DNA of 64,000 nt from a virus, in the IMG/VR virus record IMGVR_UViG_3300045988_176357, positions 64,001 to 128,000 of that record. One strand, 5' to 3'. The position numbers were made by a program, and so were the translations under genes. Shown in pieces: positions 10,999 to 22,404 of the stretch (position 1 is its first letter; each line of letters opens with the position of its first letter). The notes beneath the pieces are model-generated. The model was not told the DNA's origin. It saw nothing but the letters and a program-made list of their open reading frames with translations, and did no database searches.

Positions 10999-13319
10999 CA
11001 GGTGCTGAATTGGCTGTCACCACATTAGGCAGATAGGTAATCAAACAAGCGCTTCCTTAGAAGTACAGGAGCTTCGTTGACTAGCCCCTCACAAAGGCTC
11101 GCCAATAGAAGCTCACTACGCAGCTTGCCAAGGACAATCCATAGGCTTACATAGACATCCTGCAGAAGCTGAATGCCATCGCGTAGTCGACTGTATCTAC
11201 GTACGGCAAAGACACTACCATCACTCTGGATGACATAGATGCTGGAGAGAATGTGCGCAAGATGCATGCTAAGCTCCAGTAGCTGATACGTACTGTTGTG
11301 AACAGGAAAGATCTCACTCCGTAGCAGAAGTAGCAGAAGGTCATCTAGCTGGGTTACAAGTACACTGCACTGATGAAGGACCTTGGATTAAAGGATGCTC
11401 AGTAGCGTCGTACAGGTATTGCAAATCAGATTGCATCTGGATCCCGTGGCAACCCTGTACAGCTTATGCAGCTTCTTGTCGGCGACATGCAGATGCGTGA
11501 TGCCGCCAACAGGGACATCCCTTATCTTGCTACTATGCCGTATGTGGACGGTGATTCGCCTATGTCCTACTGGGCATCGAGCATGTCCGGTAGAAAATCA
11601 ACTTACGATACGCAGGCTGCTACAGGCATGGCCGGTTACCTGAACAAACAGGCAACCAATGTTATTCAGGCAACACCTATAGCTATGCGAGACTGCGGCA
11701 CTACCAATACAGGTGTGCCGGTATCAGCTACAGATCCTTAGAATGTAGGCTCCATACTGCTGCGCCCATGGAAGAACCATCCTGCAGGAACACCTGTCAC
11801 GTAGGAGATGCTGGACTAGGCTTAGTAGGGTGACGAGATTGTGATCCGCAGCCCGAACACATGCAAGGCTCACAACGGTGTGTGCGCTATGTGCTCAGGC
11901 ATCCAGGAAAACGGCAAGCTGCCTGCTGTAGGAAGCTACGTGGCACTGAATGCCATGAAGTCCTTCATCTAGCCGCTTACGCAGGCCGGTGTAAGCTGTC
12001 TGCATCCTGACACAAAGGTAAGTCTGGCTGAAGGTGGATATAAAAGAATAGCAGATATACAGATAGGCGATACTGTAATAGGTTGCGACATAGCAGGTAC
12101 AACTACACCTGTAAAGGTCACCAATGTATTCCATAATGGAATTCAGCCTGTATACAGAACTGTATCTGTTACATAGTCTGGTAAGCACTTGTAGCTCTTA
12201 TCCACACTTACACATAAATGCCTTATGCTGATCTAGGATGCACAAGTTCCAGCACTGCTGCCTATAGGGACACAGGCTAAGAAACGCTATATAGTACTGT
12301 CAGATAGGTCTGAGTAGCAAAAAGCTTAGATAATACAGCAGACATTCGTAGGCGATATATAGACCATAGATATCTAGGTTGACCATCCTGATCATCTGTT
12401 CCAACTTGTTGATTATCAAGTGGTAGCAAATTCGAAGCATGGTTCTGGTATGGGCGGCAAAAAGAGCTAGGACCCAGACGGCTAGGACCAGCCTACAGGG
12501 TTCGACTCCATAGCGCGCATGCTCCTTGTGCCCTCTACATTCCCTGGTGGCGCAGTGCTCTCTCAGGTCGATGGTCGCGTGTCATCTGTACGTCCTGCTC
12601 CGCAGGGAGGCAACTACATTACAGTCGGCACCAATACGGTATATGCGCCACGCGTACGTACAGTAACAGTAAAGCCCGGCGACATCGTGTAGGCTGGAGA
12701 CACCCTTACCAATGGCGTGCCTAATCCCATGTAGGTAGTCAAATACAAAGGTATCGGCTAGGGCAGACATTACTTCACGAACAAGCTTTTCGAGCTGCTT
12801 CCGAAATCCGGCGCAGGCACAGCAAGACGTAATGTGTAGCAGTTCGCCCGCGCCCTCATCAACAAGGTTCGCATAACATCCGACCAGGGTTTCGGCGGCT
12901 ATTATCCTGGCGACATTGCAGATTACGACGATATAGCGTAGAAATGGAGACCCAGAGAGGACAGCAAGATGCTGAACCTCAAGGAAGCCACAGGAAAGTA
13001 CCTGTAGGAGCCAGCACTGTATTACAGCATAGGAACAAGAATAACACCCAAGGTAGCCAAGAAACTGCAACAGTACGGTTACCAGCAGGTGAATACCAAT
13101 TAGAATCCTCCGCCGTTCTAGGCGAAGTTCGTAAGCTCCAAAGCGTTCTCTACTACGTAGAGGCGCTGGTTGCCCAGACTTAACGGAGAACGGCTTAAAG
13201 AGGCTATCTTCGACGCTGCAAGAACTGGAATAACTGACAGTTATGACAGCCCTTCATTCGTCGACAAGCTTATCATAGGCCCCTATAATCCGGCAAACAT
13301 TAAACCAGCAGGAATATGA
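10995..13319 (+). CDS. rpoC: RNA polymerase beta' C-terminal half (rpoC2-like); start codon uncertain (no ATG near ORF opening; TTG at 11010 possible)
   Basis: Frame 0 open 10995-13316 with TGA stop. AELAVTTLGRQVIKQALP (TTVGRAILW), GSRGNPVQLMQLLVGDMQMRDAANRDIPYLATMPYVDGDSPMSYWASSMSGRKSTYDTQAATGMAGYLNKQATNVIQATPIAMRDCGT (ADSGARGS...DCGT region), CAMCSGIQENGKLPAVGSYVALNAM (CAHCYGRDLARGH), GDTLTNGVPNPMQVV, C-terminal LKEAIFDAARTGITDSYDSPSFVDKLIIGPYNPANI. Confidence 0.8.
11997..12431 (+). mobile_element. Mini-intein (145 aa) in beta' C-terminal half after the GEPGTQLT-equivalent motif
   Basis: CLHPDTKVSLAEGGYKRIADIQIGDTVIG (block A), LLSTLTHKCLML (block B), TIDIQVDHPDHLFQLVDYQVVAN|S (block F/G, +1 Ser). 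Exteins FIQPLTQAGVS | SKHGSGMGG. Confidence 0.8.
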
Positions 13320-14791
13320 AGTGTATGTCTAACAATCTCATCATCGACGAAGGCTATCTGCGGAAAACAGCAGCGAATTAGCCTGGCTAGGGGCCGTCCT
13401 TTGAACAGCAGTTCGGCATCCTTGCGAATGCCCAGATCACCGACAAGTACCCCAGCCTCGGCAACTATCTTGTAGCTGCTCAGCTTCTTGACAAGAGTGA
13501 CGACAACTCGTTCGCCGTGTGCGCTGTTGTGTACAAGCTCGGCAACAACTTCATCTACGTGCCTGCTGTGTTCCGCAATGGAAAAATATTCACCGGCTAG
13601 ATCATGGAAGTTCCGTCGCTGCAGAGAATGCTGCCGTTGTCGGATGCATGGATGAGCTGGGTGAAGAACAAGGACATCGGCGGATAGGGCTAGCTAATTC
13701 CTTCATAGCTCTCCAGGCTGTACGGATAGAATGCATCTTCTGCACGCAGCAGAGAGCCTGTCGATCCGCTCATGAAAACAGCGTCTGTGAACAGTGTCTC
13801 TGTTATGGATACGGCATTGAAGCTCGGCAAGAAGGCTTCCTAGAAGCTCGTCGACATGTTCACCAACATTGACTATCTGAATGCCGCCTTCAAGTATTAC
13901 AGCCCTGAACAGATCGACTCATTCGCAAAGAAGGCTGCACAGATGTTCCCATAGACATAGCCTGTTTAGATCATCTCTGTGCTCGACAAGAAAGCTGCTC
14001 TCCTTACATAGGAACAGAAAAAGAATCTGTATGCCGACGGCTTTGTGGTCAAGTAGGGCAATAAAGTAGACTGGGGTCCCGCGTAGGATTCCATTAAGGC
14101 TGTCGAATATAAGAATCTTCGCTAGGCCTTCGTTAAGCCGCAGAAGTCCTGCATGTGCCAGGTGCTGACTCGGACCGGATAGCTGCAGGATGTAACTTAT
14201 CTTGTAGTTGAGGGTAACTGTAACAGAGATGTCTGTTGCTGCTGTGATTAGTGGGATCCCGGTTCCAGATATAAACGTGGAGTCAGTACTGTTAAACACG
14301 TTGCTCCGGCCAAAGACTCTCCATTCTTCGGCAACAGATAGTACAAGAATGTAATAGTTCAGGACGGCCAGTATCTTACTGTGTAGAGTGTTCCGTGTGT
14401 TCTGCTCAGCAGTATCAAGGATATCGACGTTTCCGCTACAGGTAAGAGCATATAGGGTCTCAAATAGATTCCGTACAACAGCATCCTGCTGACAAAAGAT
14501 GGCTACACGATGTTCGGCCTCAGAGGAACGAAGCAGCCGAACGGAGATTTTGTCTCCTATAATCTCACAGTTCACATTACAGAAGATGACAACCTCAAGC
14601 AGCCGCTGATTCTTAAAGAGTATATTGAAGTACCGAAAGGCAGCCGCATCATCTTCCCCGCAGGCAACTACAATACTGACGGCACACCTAAGCAGGATAA
14701 ACTGCAATAGACACACAAGTCTGTGTACGTGGCTTATGGAGATCTCGGCAGAGCCATCGACGCTTTTGATTCCAAGTACTACAGCAAGCTG
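13316..14791 (+). CDS. Hypothetical protein (about 491 aa, about 30 in-frame TAGs)
   Basis: Frame 2 checked line by line; ATG overlaps rpoC stop (ATGA); TGA stop at 14789-14791. Confidence 0.5.
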
Positions 14792-14856
14792 AAGGTAACC
14801 AGCGACGGACAGTAGATTTCCATATCCGGTGCCAAATCCAATCCGGCTGACAGAAT

Positions 14857-15375
14857 GCAGGTGAAAGAAGCTGTGCTGCACCTTGTGCGTGACTACGGAC
14901 TCGCTCCTCTGGATGCAAAGGCGATTGTCAAGAAAGCCGGTGCAGGCAGCATACTGAATCCTGTATCAACTTCGTACAGATTATTCAAATCTGCCGCGTA
15001 GATGGTTTAGAGCGACATGTGGAAACCTGCCGACATCGGCTACTCTGAAGTACAGAATGTTCCTCCGCAGGTGACACAGGAAGATATTCAAGGCAAGGCA
15101 CTGCAGGACGAGCGCTAGATGCAGACTGTGCAGCGTGCGGCTGAAGCAGGTGTGAAGTAGGTGTTCGATACACAGACACTTAAGATGCTTGTGCAGGCTG
15201 CTGATCCGCATGAATAGGTACTGTAGGCGCTGCCGGACTTCATGAACACGCTCGATAAGCTGTGCAAGCTGCTGTTCCTTTTCAGATGCCACTTGAGCGA
15301 TATGTAGAAGAAGTACGGAGCTGTGAAGCTCAGATCACTTTAGTTGTCCATCAAGAACACGCTGAATGATCTGTC
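14857..15375 (+). CDS. Hypothetical protein (about 172 aa); frame overlaps the end of the upstream ORF
   Basis: Frame 1 open 14701-15375; first ATG at 14857; TGA stop. Confidence 0.4.
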
Positions 15376-15465
15376 ATAGCTCACGATTTTCCTCAAGCTC
15401 AGAGGTCTCAACAATGGAGAAGCTCCTGATGCAGGAGATCTGCAGACAGGAACTATGATGAACTG

Positions 15466-16350
15466 ATGCCTGTATCCAACTAGAGCGCACCATTCAAGAG
15501 GAGTCCTGTCTTTTAGCGGGACTCCTTTTTACAACCGCCCGACTGGCGATGGCAGGAAGCCAAGCAAATAGTCAGGGCGCAGCTGACAGACACCAACTAT
15601 ACACCTTCTTCCGACCCGATAATTCTGTATGCTGCTCGTATACAGAGAGCATGTCGGAATACAGATACGAGAAAGTTCGTACAGGCAAAGATGCCCGATG
15701 CCTGGCAGGTGTTCACTCTTGGGACATTTGACAACTCGTCACAGCTCAGAGCCTAGGTGGAAGCATGTCTTATCTATGGCCTGACTCCTTAGAAGACTTC
15801 TTAGAAACTGAAATGGCTGACCCCTGTACAGGTAAGACTGTACTCTGACTTGTTCTGTGACCTCACAGGTGTTCAGGCTATATCAGGGTGGTTTTAGCAA
15901 ATGCTGCTGCAGCCAGCCAGAGTCGGTAAATCTATGAACCTGTTCAGGGCCAGAGCGCTCGCACATTACCACTCCTTATAGGCAGCCCTGCACTCTCTGC
16001 GTTTCGGAAACTCTGGAAAGAGTGCCAAGTAGGCTATGGACGCCATGTGGAGAAACTGCAGAAATACGCAGGTTTTTGACTACATAGCCAAGGAGCTTAA
16101 CGTACCTATCTAGGTGTACACCCAGATGATGTAGCAGGCGGTAAAGAATCGGTAGGATCAGGCATTTATGCTGCAGCAGAAATAGGGTGGAGGCTAGTCG
16201 CAGGCTATCATAGATGCGGCGAATATTCTCAACTCCAGTATAAGAGGATTCAGCAGAGCTTAGATACAGCTTACAACATAGCAGCAGAAAGCCGGTGTTG
16301 ACTTCACTACGCAGTACACTCAGTTTATAAAACATAAATCAGAGGCTTAA
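15466..16350 (+). CDS. Hypothetical protein (about 295 aa)
   Basis: Frame 1 open 15430-16350, 20 TAGs, TAA stop. Confidence 0.4.
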
Positions 16351-16353
16351 TAT

Positions 16354-18087
16354 ATGGGATAGTTAAAGAAACTGGATCAGCTCACAGAATACCAGCTGAC
16401 CAATGCTATTGAGAAGGCGGCTACACTGGCCCTCGGCTCAGACAAGGACAGAAGCTAGATTCTGGCATAGCAGCTTGATCTTGCTGACGTCCCGAAGAAG
16501 CTCACAAAACTTGCGGCACAGGCATTCAATAGAAGGCTTGCTGTAGTCACGCTAGGAAAACGCAATGATTAGCACAAGGCGTAGGACTTCCCGCTTGCCG
16601 ACATCGAAAAGGTAGCTTCACTGCGTGGTGTGTAGCAGCTCGATAAGGTTGCCTCTGTCGGTACTGAGTTTGAGTTCAGAATCAAGGAGCCTGAAAAACC
16701 TGCAATGGTCAAAGCTGCGTCCTTCAAGGAACCACAGCCTGAACCGACTATCGGACAGCTGATGCAGAAGTTGTAGCACATGCTGTAGAAGGAAACCAAA
16801 GCATTCTAGGCGGACTATTACAATCTGATCAATTAGAAGAAAGATCTGGATCGTATGGTCAAGAAAGCCTCTGACATGCTGCGGGATGAGACTAAGCTTT
16901 CCAGGTTGATGTCTACAGTATATGGTGATACATACACTGAACTGTTTAAAGACAAGCTCCCTGAATAGTCTCTGAAGAAATCGGCTGCCTATGCTGTGCT
17001 TCCTGCATCTGCAACTGTTGAGTACGTGTAGAAGACTATACAGCAGGCATAGAATGTGCGATGGCGCCAGAAGTCTCTGTAGAAGAAAGCTCAGGCTCTG
17101 GATGTCTTCTGCACGGAAGCTGTAAAGACATAGAATGCTGTAAGGCAGGGGCTGCTCAGCGGGCTTATTAAAAATGCAGATGGGTATACGGTTGTCAAGG
17201 ATGTCCTTGCAAACATGTTGTCCGTACCTCTGATGGCAGGTATTAAAGGCGGTCAGGGTGCCTTGTAGACGGCAGGAAGCATACTTCGTTCCGGTACAGG
17301 CTCTCAGAGATATGCTGTAAATCCTTAGTCTGCTATTACAGGTGCTCTGCTGAATGCGGACAGATATGACGACAAGGTGATGCGCCTTGCTGACATGCTT
17401 GCAGACAGGGACTTCAAAGACTTCCCTGCACAGTAGATATAGAAAGCTGTGTAGGATGTCATAGTTTAGAACCCCTCATATCTGTCTCCGAGATTCAAGC
17501 AACACCTTAAAACAGCTGTTGCAGCTAGACTGATGCAGGGGGGCAAGACCAATCAGGCATCTCAGGCAGCTTAGGCCGCTACTGTAAAATCTATTACTTC
17601 AGCCGACAGGTAGCGTGCACAGGCTGCAGCTGTCAATGCAGTTAAAGGCATGTCTCCTGTGTAGACTTAGGGAAGTGTAGCTGACCTTGTTCCTGACTTG
17701 TCTAAAGCAATGTAGAGACTGAACCTTGGAAACACTGTATTTGTCGGAAATCTTGGACAGAACTGGTAGCAGTTCTCCAGAGATATCGGCTAGGCCAGAA
17801 AGCAGAACTAGGCTAATAAGTAGAAAGATGCTGAAGCCAGACTCCAGGCAATCAAGAACTACATGTCCAACAGGCAGAAAGCTATCAAGTACCTGGCCAA
17901 TAAAGCAGCTGCAAATCCGAAGCTCCAGAAACAGCTTGGCATTCCCAAAAGGACAGGAAAGAACATCAAAGGACTTACTGATCTGCGACTGTAGAATAAA
18001 CAACCTGCAGTCAATTTGGCTACAGCACAACTTGCAGCTGCCAGTGCACCTCAGCAGTAGGCGCTCTATGCTGAGATTGTCTAGTAA
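16354..18087 (+). CDS. Large hypothetical Lys/Gln/Ala-rich protein (about 577 aa), possible virion internal or morphogenesis protein
   Basis: Frame 1 continuous 16354-18087 (start and end checked, middle read by eye); many TAGs; TAA stop. Confidence 0.4.
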
Positions 18088-18098
18088 GAGGTAATGCA

Positions 18099-20030
18099 AT
18101 GATACAGAAAAGAATCGTCCCTTAGGCTTCCGATTTCGGAGGATAGGAACCTGTACAGATACTTAAAGTCAGTTCCAAAGGGTTGGATAAGTCTGCATCC
18201 ATGCAGAAACGTGCAGCAGCTTTCGACGACATCATAGCAGATCTGAAGCCGATGCCCAAGAAAGCGTACCTGCACGTTATCACTACTGGAGCGATGTAGC
18301 ACTTCGGTATCAACAGGAACTGCTTCGTAGCAGGTACTATGGTTGTCACCTGGAATGGCACGAAAGCAATCTAGCACATTCGTGTGGGTGATCTTGTGCA
18401 GAGCGGCAGCGGTTAGATGCGTAGGGTTAACGACACATCTGCCAGGTGGTACAAAGGTCAGCTTGTAAAACTGACAGCAAAGAACGGATAGATCGTTGTC
18501 ACCATGACATAGGATCATCCGGTACTTGTTCTCGATGCCAGCTAGAAGTGGGGCGACTTTGTTTCTGCCAAGGATATCAAGCCTGGAGCTAAGTTGCTGG
18601 TACCTGACGACAAAGTAACATAGACCGCACTGAAATACAATATAACTGTAGACAAGGTGTAGTTCACTTATACAGAGTCAACTGTCGTCTATGACCTGAA
18701 GATCGAAGTCGAACGTACCTTCTGCGTTCCTTTTGTCGTGCACAACTGCGACGGCTGGAATTAGGATGCTTTTGTGTACAGACCTCCGATGCCTAAAAAT
18801 GCATCCTGCAAGTAGATTCAGCTCGATGGCGGACTCAGGAAGTACCATTCGACATACCTGGACAAGGCAGCTGTATATCAGGAGCACCAGACTGACAAGT
18901 AGAAGTCAGGATAGGTGAAAGCAGCTGTGTACAATGATAAGATGCACAGAGGCTAGTTGCTCATTGAAGTGGACACTGACAAGTGGGCATAGCGGCTGAA
19001 CAAGAAGGCGAACGGCCAGGACATATTCCTTTCGGTTGGAGCTTCGCTGAGAACCGATTATTGCACCGCCTGCGGGAATGCAGCGCACACGCTCGACTAG
19101 CACTGTTAGCACATCAAGAAACATGCAGGAATGGTGCTGTCAGACGGTACCAAGATCGGCATGATAAACGATGCTCCCAAGTTCTATGACATCTCAGGAG
19201 TGAACGTACCTGCAGACCAGATGGCATTCGTGCTGCGCAAGGTAGCATCAGGCGACAGTGCAGCCAAGGCCATTGAAGCTGCGAGGTTCCAGGCAACAAG
19301 ACCTCCTATGTCATTGTCAAAGGCTGCAAGACTTCTCGGTAAACTCGCGTAGCTGTAGAAATGCATTCAGTGTGAAGCACAGGACGATCCGATCTTTGCT
19401 GACTCTCCGGAAGCTGTGGAAGATTTTCTAAAAGCGGTATAGAATTACGACGCCGACTAGATCATCGATCAGTGCAACCGCAAGGCAATCCTTCTGTCAC
19501 CGAAAATGCTCTTTAAGATCCTCGGCAAGGAATCTGATAATCAGTAGCTGTTCAATACCTTTGCCTAGAGCTGCCCTTGCAGTGGTCAGCACCTCATGTA
19601 GGATATGCAGCAGGACTAGGAATTCAAGCCTATGCTCAGCGACGGCAGTTTCGATTCTGTGCTTCCTGTAGATCTCACTTTATAGGATGTTCTTAAACAG
19701 TTCATACCTTAGTTTGGTGTCAGCAGGCCTGCTCTGAACGGCAAAGCTATACGAATATAGATAACATCCGCCTAGCCTTAGAAAGATATGCAGCAGTTCA
19801 AAGACAAACTGCAGGACAGCATGCAGGACTCAGAATCGAGTTAGGACGATGATTCCGGTGATCGACAGAATGAGGATTCAGACAAAGAGGAGGATATGTA
19901 GAAGAAGGCGTCTCTCGTTGGAGACCAGTTCAGAAGAACATATGCCAGATACGTTCTGAGTTTTGCTTAGCGTAACAGTTAGGACACCTGCATGTTAGCC
20001 ATGCAGAAGCTCGCCAGATATAAGTAACGT
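18099..20030 (+). CDS. Hypothetical protein carrying a mini-intein; 3' end approximate
   Basis: Frame 0 checked 18099-19352. Contains HFGINRN|CFVAGTMVVTWNGTKAIQHIRVGDLV...TMTQDHPVLV...VVYDLKIEVERTFCVPFVVHN|CDGWN. Confidence 0.5.
18321..18746 (+). mobile_element. Mini-intein (142 aa) in hypothetical protein
   Basis: Hint block A CFVAGTMVVTWNGTKAIQHIRVGDLV; block B TMTQDHPVLVLD; block F/G TVVYDLKIEVERTFCVPFVVHN followed by +1 Cys. Confidence 0.7.
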
Positions 20031-20212
20031 CACTCTCTATGTGAGATAGATAATCCCAACAAAAAGGTAATATACCCATGAGTATGCTTAACAAGAAAGC
20101 CGCTTTTCTCCACGATCTGCTTGTTCAGTCCGGAGCGCTGCACAAAGTTGCAGGCGGCGAATAGATTACAGAGAAGAAGCTCGATGCTCCGCAGCCCACT
20201 ATCGGCGACAAG

Positions 20213-21333
20213 ATGCAGAATGAAACCGAAGAGGCTACGAATGGCAACTATGCTTCCGATCCCAGTGTGAACGCCGAGGTCAAAGGCACTGTCGAAATGG
20301 TAGAGAACAAGATCGAAGGCGACGATGACAAGAAGGCTGAAAAAGACCTTGCAGAGACCGGTACTGATGTGAAAGACGTATGTCCTGCAGGTATGCCTAC
20401 AGGAACTCCTGCTCAGGTTGCAAAGTCTGCAGCTCTCAAGCAGAAGCTCACGGCCTGCATCAATGCCCAGATCGAAAAAGAAGCCGCTATGAAGAAAGCA
20501 GCTGAAGAAGCTGAGCTTGCCAAACAGGCTGCAGCTAAGCAGGCTGAGAGCAATGAAGTGATGACAGCTACCGAAGTTCTTAACAAGGTTGCATCTTTCA
20601 CTGAGGACAAAACAGCTGAAGAACTTGCAGCGCTTACTGACGACATCGAAGTCAGCTTCAAGAAACTCGCTGCTACCAATCCGCTGTTCAATGTTGCCTG
20701 CGAACAGGCTCTGATTCGCAAGATGGCAGCTGAGGTTGAAGCTCTTTCAGCATCTGAAGGCATTCCTCCGGAAGAAGCGGCTGCGGCGCTCGATGCTGCT
20801 GTCGCTGAAGATCCTGAAGCGATGAGTGAACTTACTAACGAGGCTGAAGGTGAGGCTCTGTCTGATCTTGCAGCTGCGGAACAGGACTCTGCTGCTCTTA
20901 TGGACGGACTCGACCAGACCGCTGCACAGCTCTCTGAAGCTCTTGGTGAACCCGTTACAAGTGACGATATTCTCGCGGCTGTCGATGAAGTCACTGCTCA
21001 GGCCGAACAGCTTGGAGTTCCTCCGGAAGCTCTCGTTCAGGCTGCTGCAGCTGAGATGGCTCAGGGAGCTTAGATCTCTCCTGAAGATGCAGCTGCTGCT
21101 GAACAGCTTGTCAGTGATGCTGCTGCTCAGGGTGTTTCTCCCGAAGAGCTTGTCGAAGGCATTGCTCAGGCTGAAGCTGGTGCTGCCCCTGTCGAAGGTG
21201 CGCCTGCGGAGGCTCCTGCAGCTGAACCTGCACCCACTGAAGAGTAGCTCGCAAAAGAAGCTTGCCTCAGAAAGCTCGCATCTACGAAGCGCGGCGCCAA
21301 TCTCATGAAGATTCTTACTGCCAGCGGCAAGTA
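20213..21333 (+). CDS. Ala/Glu-rich acidic coiled-coil protein, putative scaffolding or head decoration protein
   Basis: 286-aa track ORF extended through 2 TAGs to TAA 21331-21333. Composition AELAKQAAAKQAES...AAEVEALSASEGIPPEEAAAALDAAVAEDPEA. Sits upstream of the capsid candidate. Confidence 0.45.
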
Positions 21334-21345
21334 AGGAGCGCACAA

Positions 21346-21750
21346 TGTCACAGGACTTCCAGAAGATCGCTGAAGAAGCGATTAAACAGTGCGCAGAATA
21401 TGAAGCTCGCATTAACCAGCTCCAGGAACAGATTGCTCTCACCAAGAAGGCAAATCTGGCCGATCCTGAGCTGGTTAAGAAGTCCGTGGAAGCTCTCACT
21501 AAAACAGGAGGTATCACGGCATAGCAGGCAGACGAGACAGCTCAGTTGCTTGCCCACGACCCAAATGCCTCCTTAAGAGCTATTCAGGCTCTGTGCGACC
21601 GCTACACTGACGCAGCTCCCATTGTGAAAAAAGAATCCGATATATAGGGCGGCAGGCTTGTTGATACATTCAATAAGCAGGCATCGGCGGCTCCTGTTGA
21701 AGACGCATACGCTGCAGTTGCCCGTGTCCTCGGACTAAAGATGAATAAAT
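21346..21750 (+). CDS. Small hypothetical protein (about 135 aa)
   Basis: Frame 1 ATG after scaffold stop, 2 TAGs; end approximate. Confidence 0.35.
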
Positions 21751-21763
21751 AAAGGAAACTATT

Positions 21764-22348
21764 ATGGCTATTACAAGGTCTGTTAAACAGCAGTACGAGT
21801 ACTACGTTGCTGTTAAGAGCGGCGTTCTTGATGAGACCAACTGTCTCATGCACACGGCTGTGCTGAATGAGAATGCCGATAAGGTTGTTCGCGGCTCTGT
21901 TATCTCTCTGAATGCTGCGGGCGAATTCGTGCTTGGGCTTACTGAAGGTTCCGGCAATCTGTATCCGATGCCCTGCTTCGCGAAGAAGAATGCGTTTGAT
22001 CCGGATGTCATGACCGGCGCTGTCGGCAGTGCTACCGGCGAAGTTATCGCCAGTTCTACTGTCGGTAAGAAGATGTCCGCCTATGTTGCTACGGGTGCAT
22101 TTGAAATCGAATCCTCTGAGTTCGATAAGGATGCTACGTATGCGATCAATGCTGCACTTGTCTGTGCTGATGGCGACAAGCTTGGAAAGGTCACTCCCGG
22201 TGGTGCGAACGCTGTGTACGGAGCGAAGACTGTCGTCGGTATCGTCAGTGCGCTTCCGTTCCGCTCCAAAGCCAGCCTGAACGTGAACGGCACTGCTGTT
22301 AACCGCATCTGCTTCTGGTCGGTCTTCTTCCCGCCGAAGCGTGGTTAA
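21764..22348 (+). CDS. Hypothetical structural protein (194 aa, TAG-free), possible head decoration
   Basis: Clean ORF with TAA stop inside the capsid module. Confidence 0.4.
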   Translation: MAITRSVKQQYEYYVAVKSGVLDETNCLMHTAVLNENADKVVRGSVISLNAAGEFVLGLTEGSGNLYPMPCFAKKNAFDPDVMTGAVGSATGEVIASSTVGKKMSAYVATGAFEIESSEFDKDATYAINAALVCADGDKLGKVTPGGANAVYGAKTVVGIVSALPFRSKASLNVNGTAVNRICFWSVFFPPKRG

Positions 22349-22404
22349 TCCGCTGTAAGATAAACCAGGGGAGCGTGTCTCCCCGATAACTATAGGAACG
22401 CAAT

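Noticed and set aside
13919-14881. 320-aa ORF on the minus strand
   Set aside because: Low-complexity Leu/Val-rich sequence lying antisense to a checked + strand recoded gene (13316..14791). Antisense frames of TAG-rich genes are depleted in stops, so this is almost certainly an artefact.
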